Shown here: piece by piece, positions 14,487-22,682 of the stretch
Layout of the letters: each line of letters begins with the position of its first letter
Numbering within the stretch: position 1 is the stretch's first letter
From: an uncultured Anaerolineales bacterium
GTDB taxonomy: Bacteria; Chloroflexota; Anaerolineae; Epilineales; JAANWY01
Direction: 5' to 3'
Assembly: GCA_964532665.1 (NCBI GenBank)
Contig: CAZHMV010000002.1
Location: forward strand, 14,510-78,509
Length of the DNA: 64,000 bases
Position numbers and translations under genes: made by a program
Notes under the pieces: generated by a model
Seen by the model: only the letters and a program-made list of their open reading frames with translations
The model's database searches: none
What the model was told of the DNA's origin: nothing

Positions 14487-14572
14487 AAGTACTGCGTATT
14501 GCGTACTGCGTAGCGTGATCTTCGGCGCCACGTTTTACGCAATACGCAATACGCAGTAGGCAATAGGCTCAC
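14487..14572. repeat. family-B heptamer-array hairpin between argB stop and argD RBS
   Basis: agtactgcgtattgcgtactgcgtag cgtgatcttcggcgccacgtttt acgcaatacgcaatacgcagtagg. Confidence 0.85.
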
Positions 14573-15321
14573 CCTACGACAGCAGTTCCAGCACCACCCG
14601 CCAACCCCGCCAGATCGGTGATCCTCGCCTCCCGCACGCCGGCGGCAACCGCCGCCAGCGCCGAGCGCACTTTGGGGACCATGCCGTCGCGAATCGTGCC
14701 ATTTTCAATCAGCTCTTCGGCTTCCGCAGCCGACAACTGGCTGACGACCTGGCCATTGGCCAGAACGCCGGCCACGTTGGTCAGGAAGTACAGCGCGGAC
14801 GCGCCGAGCGCCCGCGCCACGCCCGTGGCGACGTGGTCAGCATTAACGTTGTAAGTCTGGCCGTCGAAACCCAGCGACACCGGCGACATTACCGGGACGA
14901 TACCCTGCTGTAGCAGCATCCGCAGCGGCTCCGGATCCACTTCGACGACACGCCCGACCCAGCCCAGGTCGCCGGCCGGGTGCACCATCTTCTCAACCCG
15001 CACCAGACCAAGATCGACGCCGCTGAGTCCGAGGGCAGGCACGCCGGCCATGGTCAGCCGCGCCACCAGCCGCTTGTTGACCCGCCCGCTCAGCACCATC
15101 TCGACAACCACCAGTCCGTCGTCGTCCGTGACGCGCAGCCCTTCGACGAAGCGCGGTTTCAGTCCCAGTGTCTTCTGGAGCCACGCAATCTCCTTGCCAC
15201 CGCCATGCACGATGACAACATGCTCCTCCATCCGCGCCACCGTTTCAGCCAGCGCGCAGAGAAACGCGTCATCACCTGCCTGACTTCCACCCACTTTAAG
15301 AACAATCGTCGGTTCATCCAT
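14569..15321 (-). CDS. argB: acetylglutamate kinase
   Basis: 250 aa; amino-acid kinase fold, LKVGGS N-terminal motif; GAGGA RBS. Confidence 0.93.
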   Translation of the reverse strand: MDEPTIVLKVGGSQAGDDAFLCALAETVARMEEHVVIVHGGGKEIAWLQKTLGLKPRFVEGLRVTDDDGLVVVEMVLSGRVNKRLVARLTMAGVPALGLSGVDLGLVRVEKMVHPAGDLGWVGRVVEVDPEPLRMLLQQGIVPVMSPVSLGFDGQTYNVNADHVATGVARALGASALYFLTNVAGVLANGQVVSQLSAAEAEELIENGTIRDGMVPKVRSALAAVAAGVREARITDLAGLAGGAGTAVVG

Positions 15322-15342
15322 CGATCGAGTCCTCGGTACAGA

Positions 15343-15420
15343 GTATTGCGTCTTGCGTCTTACGTCTTGCGTATTTCATAGACGTAAGACGCAAGACGTG
15401 AGACGTGAGACGTCTCACGC
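15343..15420. repeat. family-B heptamer-array hairpin (GCGTCTT / AAGACGC variants) between argC stop and argB
   Basis: gtattgcgtcttgcgtcttacgtcttgcgta tttcatag acgtaagacgcaagacgtgagacgtgagacgtctcacgc. Confidence 0.85.
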
Positions 15421-16428
15421 CTCCAACCCTGCCACCTCCTCCATCCCAAACATCACATTGAAGTTCTGCACCGCCTGGCCAGACGCGCCCTTGATCAGAT
15501 TGTCAATCGCCGAGCAGACGATCAGTTGGTCGTTGCCGGCCGGCGTGAGCGAGATGACACAGCGGTTGGTGTTGACCGCGTGACGCAGGCTCGCCAGTTG
15601 GCCCGGCGGCAGGATGTGCACGAAAGGCTCGCCGGCATACATCTCGCGATACAACGCGTGCAACTTGCTTTCGGACCAGGGCTTCGCCAGGGTGACGTAC
15701 ATGGTGGACAGGATGCCCTGGTTGACCGGCAGCAGGTGGGGGGAGAAGGTCACGCTGAGAGGCCGGCCCAGCGCCGTGCCCAGCTCGGCTTCCATCTCCG
15801 GGATGTGTCGGTGGCAATGCCCGATGTTGTACGGCGAGAAGTTGTCGTGTGCCTCCACAAAGTGGGTTTTCAGGTTCAGCCCGCGTCCGGCCCCCGAGAC
15901 GCCCGACTTGGAATCGACGATGATGGAGTTACCGGCAATGAGCCCCTGCTTCGCCAGCGGATACAGGCCCAGAATCACGCTGGTGGGGTAGCAACCGGGG
16001 TTGGCTACCAGCCGCGCGCCGGCGATCTCCTCGCGATAAAGCTCGGTCAGGCCGTACACCGCCTCGGCCAGCAGGTTAGTGGCGGTGTGGGGCGTCTTGT
16101 ACCACTGCTCGTACACCTTCGGGTCCGACAGCCGGAAATCTGCGCTCAGGTCGATGGCGCGCACGCCGGCTTCGACTACCCGCTGCACCGTGGGAATCGA
16201 CGCCCCGTGCGGCAGGCACAGAAGCGCGGCATCCACCTCATCGACGGGCGCTTCGTCGGTGGGAATGAGGGGGATGTCCCACGGGCAGGCGAAGACGTCG
16301 GACAGCCGGCGGCCGGCGGATCGCTCCGACGTGGCAAAGCGGATTTCGGCGTTGGGGTGCCGGCGAATGATTTTTGCCAGCTCGAATCCGGTATAACCAG
16401 TTGCACCAAAGATACCTACTCTAAGCAT
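15415..16428 (-). CDS. argC: N-acetyl-gamma-glutamyl-phosphate reductase
   Basis: start MLRVGIFGATGYTGFEL (ATG at 16428); Cys active-site region; track ORF runs further upstream. Confidence 0.93.
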   Translation of the reverse strand: MLRVGIFGATGYTGFELAKIIRRHPNAEIRFATSERSAGRRLSDVFACPWDIPLIPTDEAPVDEVDAALLCLPHGASIPTVQRVVEAGVRAIDLSADFRLSDPKVYEQWYKTPHTATNLLAEAVYGLTELYREEIAGARLVANPGCYPTSVILGLYPLAKQGLIAGNSIIVDSKSGVSGAGRGLNLKTHFVEAHDNFSPYNIGHCHRHIPEMEAELGTALGRPLSVTFSPHLLPVNQGILSTMYVTLAKPWSESKLHALYREMYAGEPFVHILPPGQLASLRHAVNTNRCVISLTPAGNDQLIVCSAIDNLIKGASGQAVQNFNVMFGMEEVAGLEA

Positions 16429-16762
16429 GATCCTTCTCTCCTGAGGACAACGGGCGATAGTTGGAGGAGACGTAAGCCATTCGGGTACTTGACATGTCAA
16501 TGCATCAAAAAAGCCCTCCAGGTTATCTGGAGAGCTCCGATTGCGCGTGTTACGACGCCGTCGTCGTGGGTGCAGGACTATCCAGACCCTGGCCGTTTGG
16601 TGAGGCCGGGACGACGACGCAGACGAAGTTCAAGCACAAAGGTCTGGATATCCATAGCCATCTCTTGGGGCAACAGTATAGCATGAAAATCCTGTCCTGT
16701 CAAACGTGAAAGCGCGGTAGTCAGAAGGCACAAGAGTCCGCCAGTGTACCGCGCAGCGGCAT

Positions 16763-16802
16763 CACGCCAACAAAAGACGGGCACCATCTCTGGTGCCCGT
16801 TC
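16763..16802 (-). terminator. rho-independent terminator of cspA
   Basis: minus strand AACGGGCACC-AGAGAT-GGTGCCCGTCTTTTGTTGG directly after the csp stop. Confidence 0.65.
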
Positions 16803-16822
16803 TTCGGTCAGCTTCGCCTCAG

Positions 16823-17032
16823 CTAGAGCTTGACGACACTGACGGCTTGCGGTCCCTTGGGGTTCGATTCCACGGCGAATTCCACGCGATCGCCCTCGTC
16901 CAAATTACGGAATCCATGGCCTTGAATCTCAGAGTAGTGAACGAAGACATCCTCGCCCTCTTCTCGCTGAATGAAGCCATAGCCCTTGCTACCATTGAAC
17001 CACTTCACGGTTCCGGTGATACGCTCGGTCAT
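16823..17032 (-). CDS. cspA: cold-shock protein (CspA family)
   Basis: 69 aa; KWFN..KGYGFI RNP1 and VFVHY RNP2 motifs. Confidence 0.95.
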   Translation of the reverse strand: MTERITGTVKWFNGSKGYGFIQREEGEDVFVHYSEIQGHGFRNLDEGDRVEFAVESNPKGPQAVSVVKL

Positions 17033-17174
17033 TGCTGAGTTCCTCCTTTCGTGTGAATTTGTTGCAGGACGGGCTCAACCATGCTCCGAGCCACAAAAAA
17101 CGACCGCCCTGGCGAGTAGCCTTGGCGGTCGAGACGTGCGCGTTCCGAAACAAAACTTACTGCGTCCTACTGGT

Positions 17175-17207
17175 ACTTATGATAGCATACTTTCGCTTAT
17201 TTGTCAA
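17175..17207 (-). promoter_or_regulatory. sigma70-like promoter for cspA with ~140-nt 5'UTR
   Basis: minus strand TTGACA-17 nt-TATCAT; long leader typical of cold-shock genes. Confidence 0.45.
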
Positions 17208-17546
17208 ATCGCAACGTAGAGGGCTTGCGCAGCCAGTCCAGACGGGGAGATTCTCATGGATGATGACACTTGACGGCCGGCGGCACGACCTTCTGCCCCC
17301 CGGATCCCCCGGCGTCCTCGCAGGGCGGGTCTTCGTGAGCCTGACCTTCCACGATGTAGGCGATCACCATCGGCTGCACGAGACGGTGCAGGGGATTGGC
17401 CGGCGCTGTTAAGCGACCCATGGTCAGGTAAGGTATCTGCGGACAGCAATGTCCGCACCATGAAGTGCAACCTCCACGATCAATTCGCGATCCCCGATGG
17501 CGTAGAACATTTGTCAGTCCCCAACCTGAACAAGGTAAGCGGATTG

Positions 17547-18128
17547 TTACAGCAGTGAGATGTCAGCCTCTACGAGATTATCAAGCAAGGTTTGAGTTAT
17601 ATCTCGCGCCAAAATAATCAGCCGTCTGTTCCTGTCGTACTGTTCGCCGTCAAATTCCATTTTGCGGCCGTGGAACAGGTTGTTCCGAATCTGTCGCACG
17701 ATCTCCATCATTGCTTCGAAGGCATCTCCTGTCCAACACTCCGCTATTTCAGGCCGGCAAAGATCTGGATTGCGACGACGCATATTGCCTTCGCAATTAG
17801 CCAGGGCGTCCTGAGACACAAAGTCTGCCTTATACAAGAGAAACATCGTAGCTCGAATCACTCTATCGTTCGGTCTGAAGTTTCTCATCGAGTCGCCGAC
17901 AAAGCCTTCGCAAGCTAATCGGCCCGCCAGTCCCCTCACTTCAGGTACAGAGTTCCAGAAATAAGCCCCGAACCTGTCACAGAAACTGCCGAAGGTGCCT
18001 ACTTGACGATTGGTGCGCCAGTAGCCCTCCAACCATTCGTATGCTTCGTGAAACGCCCGGCGCGCTTCGCGGTATTCCTCATCACTTTGAAGGCGATGGC
18101 GAAAGAGCTGGATCTCCTCGGCGGTCAT
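17547..18128 (-). CDS. hypothetical protein with HEPN-like Rx4HxR motif (RNNLFHGR) near C-terminus; possible abortive-infection/toxin-type RNase
   Basis: intact ORF; GGAGAA RBS 8 nt upstream of ATG 18128 (MTAEEIQLF); lower GC (~50%) than surrounding genes; all-helical composition. Confidence 0.45.
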   Translation of the reverse strand: MTAEEIQLFRHRLQSDEEYREARRAFHEAYEWLEGYWRTNRQVGTFGSFCDRFGAYFWNSVPEVRGLAGRLACEGFVGDSMRNFRPNDRVIRATMFLLYKADFVSQDALANCEGNMRRRNPDLCRPEIAECWTGDAFEAMMEIVRQIRNNLFHGRKMEFDGEQYDRNRRLIILARDITQTLLDNLVEADISLL

Positions 18129-18426
18129 GACATTCTCCAATCGTCTGTCTGCTCGTGCTCTGTCTTGAGCGTATACTAACCTGCACCGTGCGTCCATAAC
18201 CTAGGGAGGGGAGTCCAGTTTTCGGGGCTAATCATACAGAGACCGATGGGTGAAAGGACGTTGCCGCCCAGTCCGGCTCCCACAAGCCGACTGTTACCCG
18301 ATCGACATCGCGGGACAGGGCTCAAGTTTCGTCGTATCTATTTGTGGAAACTCATGTGGTTGTCGCCATGAGCGTACATGAGCCCACCGGTACATCGGAC
18401 GATCGTAGTGACGCCAAGATCGCTGA

Positions 18427-19440
18427 TTATCGCGACTGATGATTCACCAATGGTAGATAAACCATATATGAGTATGCAACTTCAATGGTCTCCGACAGAC
18501 CGTTCACAACCCTCCAGTACGAGGGGGGGCCACATACAGTAGGATTACTTGATCTTAATCCTGTTACCTCACCTAAGATCGTGAGGGCAACCTTGGCTGT
18601 TCCGGGCTTTATTGTCCGAAAGCTGAACGTGAATGACGACTGGCCACCTGGCACCAATATCAGATGCTGCATGACGGGCCCCTGACCGGAAGGCTCTAGC
18701 ACAGGAGAGCCTCTGACGTAAAGAGTCAACTGGGGCATTCCAAAACAGAATCGTTCGCTGCTGTTGTAAATATAGGTCGTTACTTCAAGGGGTTCCCCCA
18801 TGCTAAGGGAATTCCTCGAAGGCACGACTTCCGCTCGGAAGGTGTTATTCTGGAGTGTTAGCGTTGGGGTTGGGGTTGGCGTATTTGTTGGAGTACGGGT
18901 GATTGTCGGAGTCACTGTACACGTAGCTCCAGGTGTGGGTACCCCAAAGTGCCGGGCGACGTTATTGGTCTCATCGAGTTCGGCCACATCGTTAAATACG
19001 TCTACTACAACCGCAGTGATGGTTCCCCTGCCGGACAAACAGGTTTCTTCATCTGCATCTAGACCACCGACTGTTTCGAGACGCCCCCCAATTCCATACA
19101 ATTGAACGTCGAACGCAGCTGCCGGGGCTTCTCCTCTGTTCAAAATGCACGCCCTATAGGAATATCCCCAAACACCTGCACAACCGTGTCCGGATCCGCC
19201 ATTATCTACACTGGATACCATCAAGTCGGGGAGTGGTACAGAGGGCATTGATGTCGCGGTGGCCGTTGACGTGAAAACTTGCGTTGTTTGGTCACTCAAC
19301 GCTGAGGCATATGTCCGATCTGGTTCTTCCCAGCTGTTTCCCCTCAGATACGCCGGATGGCTTGACGTTGCCGAAACCACATCGATCAGCATAATAATGC
19401 TGACCATGCTAGTGACCATCCAAGCTCGTATGTTTCTCAT
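18427..19440 (-). CDS. secreted protein with CARDB-like domain and Thr/Pro linker
   Basis: N-terminal signal/TM (MRNIRAWMVTSMVSIIMLIDVVSA); CARDB-like segment ...AFDVQLYGIGG...ETNNVA; PTPTPT linker; low GC. Confidence 0.6.
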   Translation of the reverse strand: MRNIRAWMVTSMVSIIMLIDVVSATSSHPAYLRGNSWEEPDRTYASALSDQTTQVFTSTATATSMPSVPLPDLMVSSVDNGGSGHGCAGVWGYSYRACILNRGEAPAAAFDVQLYGIGGRLETVGGLDADEETCLSGRGTITAVVVDVFNDVAELDETNNVARHFGVPTPGATCTVTPTITRTPTNTPTPTPTLTLQNNTFRAEVVPSRNSLSMGEPLEVTTYIYNSSERFCFGMPQLTLYVRGSPVLEPSGQGPVMQHLILVPGGQSSFTFSFRTIKPGTAKVALTILGEVTGLRSSNPTVCGPPSYWRVVNGLSETIEVAYSYMVYLPLVNHQSR

Positions 19441-19938
19441 GTCTTCTTTGCTTTCCGCTTCTGCTAGCTGATTGCCCATATGCTCTTAATCGCTACGACG
19501 GCATCGTCAAGCCTCCCACGGTCGTCACCCCCCTAGCTGGCATGGCCTAGATCGGCCAGTGCAACAGCCTTTATTCGCAGCCCGCCTGCTCCATGAGAGC
19601 CGCACGGTTGTGTGAAACCAGCCCCCACACATGCAAACGCCAACTCTGGACGGGAGACGTCCAGCCGCTGGCGTCGTGTTAAGAGTCTACATCTGTTGTA
19701 TTGTCTTGGCAAAACCAAGTACAGGGCCAAGATCATTCCAGTTCCCCCTTGCCAACCACGTAAGAGAAGTAAGATCAATGGTCTATCGGATTATACCAGA
19801 AGCAATCGGGGCGCGTCAACTGTTTTTTCAGAAGATACGATTCCGTTACCTTTGACCTGGATTGTAAAATCCAGGCCGAGGACAGTCGCGTAACGTAATG
19901 TTACGGTGTCGAAACCCGTCATTGTACCTGAAAGGTTA

Positions 19939-20051
19939 CTACTCAGCCACCCTCCCGCAGGTTGCGATGCGCAATGGTTTTGCATCCGCAAGCGGCCTTG
20001 AAGCAGCGATTCTGGGCCAGAAAGGCTCCAAACCTGCGGGAGGGTGAGTAG
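19939..20051. repeat. ~113-nt element with 22-nt terminal inverted stems (CTACTCAGCCACCCTCCCGCAGGTT ... AACCTGCGGGAGGGTGAGTAG), copy 1; flanked by direct repeats TACC(C)TGAAAGGT
   Basis: read directly; second copy at 49301-49414 with identical termini and diverged interior. Confidence 0.8.
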
Positions 20052-20631
20052 CTACCCTGAAAGGTCGGAAACGGGGCCTGGACCATTCCGATTTCCTGTC
20101 AGACTTGCGGCCGGCATAACATACGGCCGAATAAGTCCGTTATTATATGGAAGGGGGGGTCATCATCTTCAACTCCGTCATAGACTCGATAGAGACAGCC
20201 CAGCCGGCATGATGGTGTCGGCAAGGCTCTCACATTGTCGCCTGTCGCCGGCGTCGAGGTTCGCAACTCTGACTGCGTTTACACTCTTTTAACAGCCGGC
20301 TAAACACCACGTAACACTCGCGTGCGATGATGTCACCGCACCGGACGATGACCTGTAAGTACCTGCCAGGTTTCGGCGGGACGAAGCAGATGCTCTCGCC
20401 GCCACAGTCATTCACAGATTTTTCAAAGAATATTTAGCCAGCAGTGCTCGCGGCGTCTCAGTTCTGTGGTATACTATTGACTGCCGCGAATCGATCGTGT
20501 ATCTGCATTCGGCCGAGGCATGAGATTGCCTGCCCCTCGTGCGTTGACGTCTCCCTGTGGGGAGTGTTGATCGCTCTCTCCAGAGGCTCCTGCTGAGACG
20601 GCGAGTTTGTCCAGATGGAGGAGCAAAGCGC

Positions 20632-21120
20632 ATGAAGATAAGATGGGTCACAGCTTGTGTCGCCGCATTGGCCGTGCTGGCGCTCGGCTCACTAACTGTC
20701 TTCGCGGAATCGCCCAGACCAGAGTGTGACAGAACCGATTCCGCTAGCCTGTGCCAGGCCAATATCACGATATTCGTGTTTGTGGACCGTGTCACAAGCG
20801 GTGGTGGCGCGTTCTACGAAAGTGGCGTTGATTCCCCCCTGGAGGGTGCTCGGATTACTTTCGTCATGCCCGACGGCAGCCGGCAACAGGAAGTCACCGG
20901 CCGCACCGGGCTTCTCAGCTTCCCGGACGTCAACTTTTTGCCCGGGGACGAGGCATTCATCGAGGTTGAATACCCGGCCCGGTACCGCGATGCCGCACTT
21001 GTTCCATGCCGCAGCAGCCCCGTGCGCCGGCGCATCACGCACGATGCCTTCGGCTCCTTCGGTTCGACGCAGGTTGTCTTTTGTGCCAGGCAGTATCTGT
21101 CCACCCCGACCGGGCCTTGA
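20632..21120 (+). CDS. secreted hypothetical protein
   Basis: GGAGGAG RBS 7 nt before ATG; signal peptide MKIRWVTACVAALAVLALGSLTVFA; no recognised domain. Confidence 0.55.
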   Translation: MKIRWVTACVAALAVLALGSLTVFAESPRPECDRTDSASLCQANITIFVFVDRVTSGGGAFYESGVDSPLEGARITFVMPDGSRQQEVTGRTGLLSFPDVNFLPGDEAFIEVEYPARYRDAALVPCRSSPVRRRITHDAFGSFGSTQVVFCARQYLSTPTGP

Positions 21121-21169
21121 GTGAATCCCTGCTCGGTGGCACGACATGCCCAAACGGAGGTGACGGCCG

Positions 21170-21763
21170 TCAACGCGGGTCGTCGGTTCGATTCATGATG
21201 GACCAGCCGGCCGGCAGCAAGACGGCCGCCAGCACCAGCTTGATGGCATCGCCAATCAGGAACGGCGCCATGCCCAGGGCCATGGCCTGCGCCAGTCCCC
21301 CCACGAAGCGCGCCAGCCAGGAGACACCGCCGGCATAGATGATCACGTTGCCCATCACCATGGCCAGCGCGGTGGTCAGCACGCGGCGGTCCCAGCCCCG
21401 CTCGGCCAGCCAGCCGGCGGCGAAGGCGGCGGCCGGGAAAGCGATCAGGTAGCCGCCCGTGGGACCAAGCAGCGTGACGAGACCACTGTGTCCCAGGGCG
21501 AAGACGGGCAGGCCGGCGGCACCTTCGGCCAGGTACAGCAACAAGCTCCACGCACCCAGCCGGCTGCCCAGCAGCGCCCCGGTCAGCAGCACGGCAAACG
21601 TCTGGCCGGTGATGGGCACGGGGGTGAAAGGCAGCGGGATCGACACCTGCGCCGCCGCCGCGTTGATCAGGCTGAACGCGATGACCAGCATCACATCTCG
21701 CGTCAGGCTAGTGTGCGGAATCAGCACGTCAGACATGGTTAGCGCACGGGAGTTCGATTGCAT
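21170..21763 (-). CDS. bioY: biotin transporter BioY (ECF S-component)
   Basis: ~190 aa, 5-6 TM helices, BioY family pattern; no bioMN nearby. Confidence 0.85.
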   Translation of the reverse strand: MQSNSRALTMSDVLIPHTSLTRDVMLVIAFSLINAAAAQVSIPLPFTPVPITGQTFAVLLTGALLGSRLGAWSLLLYLAEGAAGLPVFALGHSGLVTLLGPTGGYLIAFPAAAFAAGWLAERGWDRRVLTTALAMVMGNVIIYAGGVSWLARFVGGLAQAMALGMAPFLIGDAIKLVLAAVLLPAGWSIMNRTDDPR

Positions 21764-21812
21764 CCTTCATTTCTCCTGAAAGTAAACTTCAACATACATA
21801 GATGAGACGTTG

Positions 21813-22592
21813 TCATGTCCTATATGGCTGCCGTTCCACGAACAGCGTGATCGCCTCGAAGCCGGCCTCCCGTGCTATCTCTAACCCCCGTGCAACACCG
21901 TCTCCCAGGTGGCTCGTCCTGTGTGCGTCGGTCCCGACGGTCAGAACCTCGCCGCCCAGTTCGCGATACCATTGCACGACCGTCGGGCCGGGTAGCGGCT
22001 CTCCCACCGGATAGCGTAGCCCGGAGCAGTTGATCTCGATGCCGAGGCCGCGATCGATGAGGCTTTGAAGTGCGGCACGAATCAGATCGGCGTAGGGCGT
22101 CGGATCGAAGGTGCTGTGCCGTTTCGGCAGGTCCAGGTGGGCCAGCACGTCGAAATCGCCAGCCCGGCATAGCCGCACCAGCTCCTCGAAGTAGGCACGC
22201 CAGGCAATCTCGGCTGGCCGGCCATCGAAAAACTCTGGTCGGAAGGTGGGACGATCGTCCACCCAGTGCAGGGAACCGATCACGAAATCAAACGGGTAAG
22301 CAGCGAGCAACTCCGCTGTCTCGTCGGGATAGCGATGCGGCTCCCCGACTTCCACGCCGCTCCGGATCGTCAGACGATCGCCGTAGCGCCGGCGTGCGAC
22401 CTCAACGGCCTCGAAGTAGGCCGCCGGCTCGAAATAGCGGTAACAACTGTCAAGATGCTCGAAGTCCGCATGTTCGGTGAATGCAATTTCCTGCAGGCCG
22501 ACCTCAATCGCCCGCCGACATACGGCGTCCAGCGTGTCGTGGGCGTCGCAGGAAAAGGTGGTGTGGGTGTGGTAGTCTGCGAAAGGGTTCAT
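21813..22592 (-). CDS. PHP-family histidinol-phosphatase (HisJ/HisK type)
   Basis: 259 aa; DYHTHT metal-binding start; PHP fold. Confidence 0.85.
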   Translation of the reverse strand: MNPFADYHTHTTFSCDAHDTLDAVCRRAIEVGLQEIAFTEHADFEHLDSCYRYFEPAAYFEAVEVARRRYGDRLTIRSGVEVGEPHRYPDETAELLAAYPFDFVIGSLHWVDDRPTFRPEFFDGRPAEIAWRAYFEELVRLCRAGDFDVLAHLDLPKRHSTFDPTPYADLIRAALQSLIDRGLGIEINCSGLRYPVGEPLPGPTVVQWYRELGGEVLTVGTDAHRTSHLGDGVARGLEIAREAGFEAITLFVERQPYRT

Positions 22593-22623
22593 ATCGTATC
22601 CAGGTTAGCCGGCAGGGAGGGGC

Positions 22624-22682
22624 ACAGTGAGCGTCTTGCGTCTTGCGTCTTACGTCTTACGCAAGACGCAAGACGCAATTAT
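22624..22682. repeat. family-B heptamer-array hairpin (GCGTCTT x3 / AAGACGC x3) between proS stop and phosphatase start
   Basis: gcgtcttgcgtcttgcgtcttacgtcttacgcaagacgcaagacgcaatt. Confidence 0.85.
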
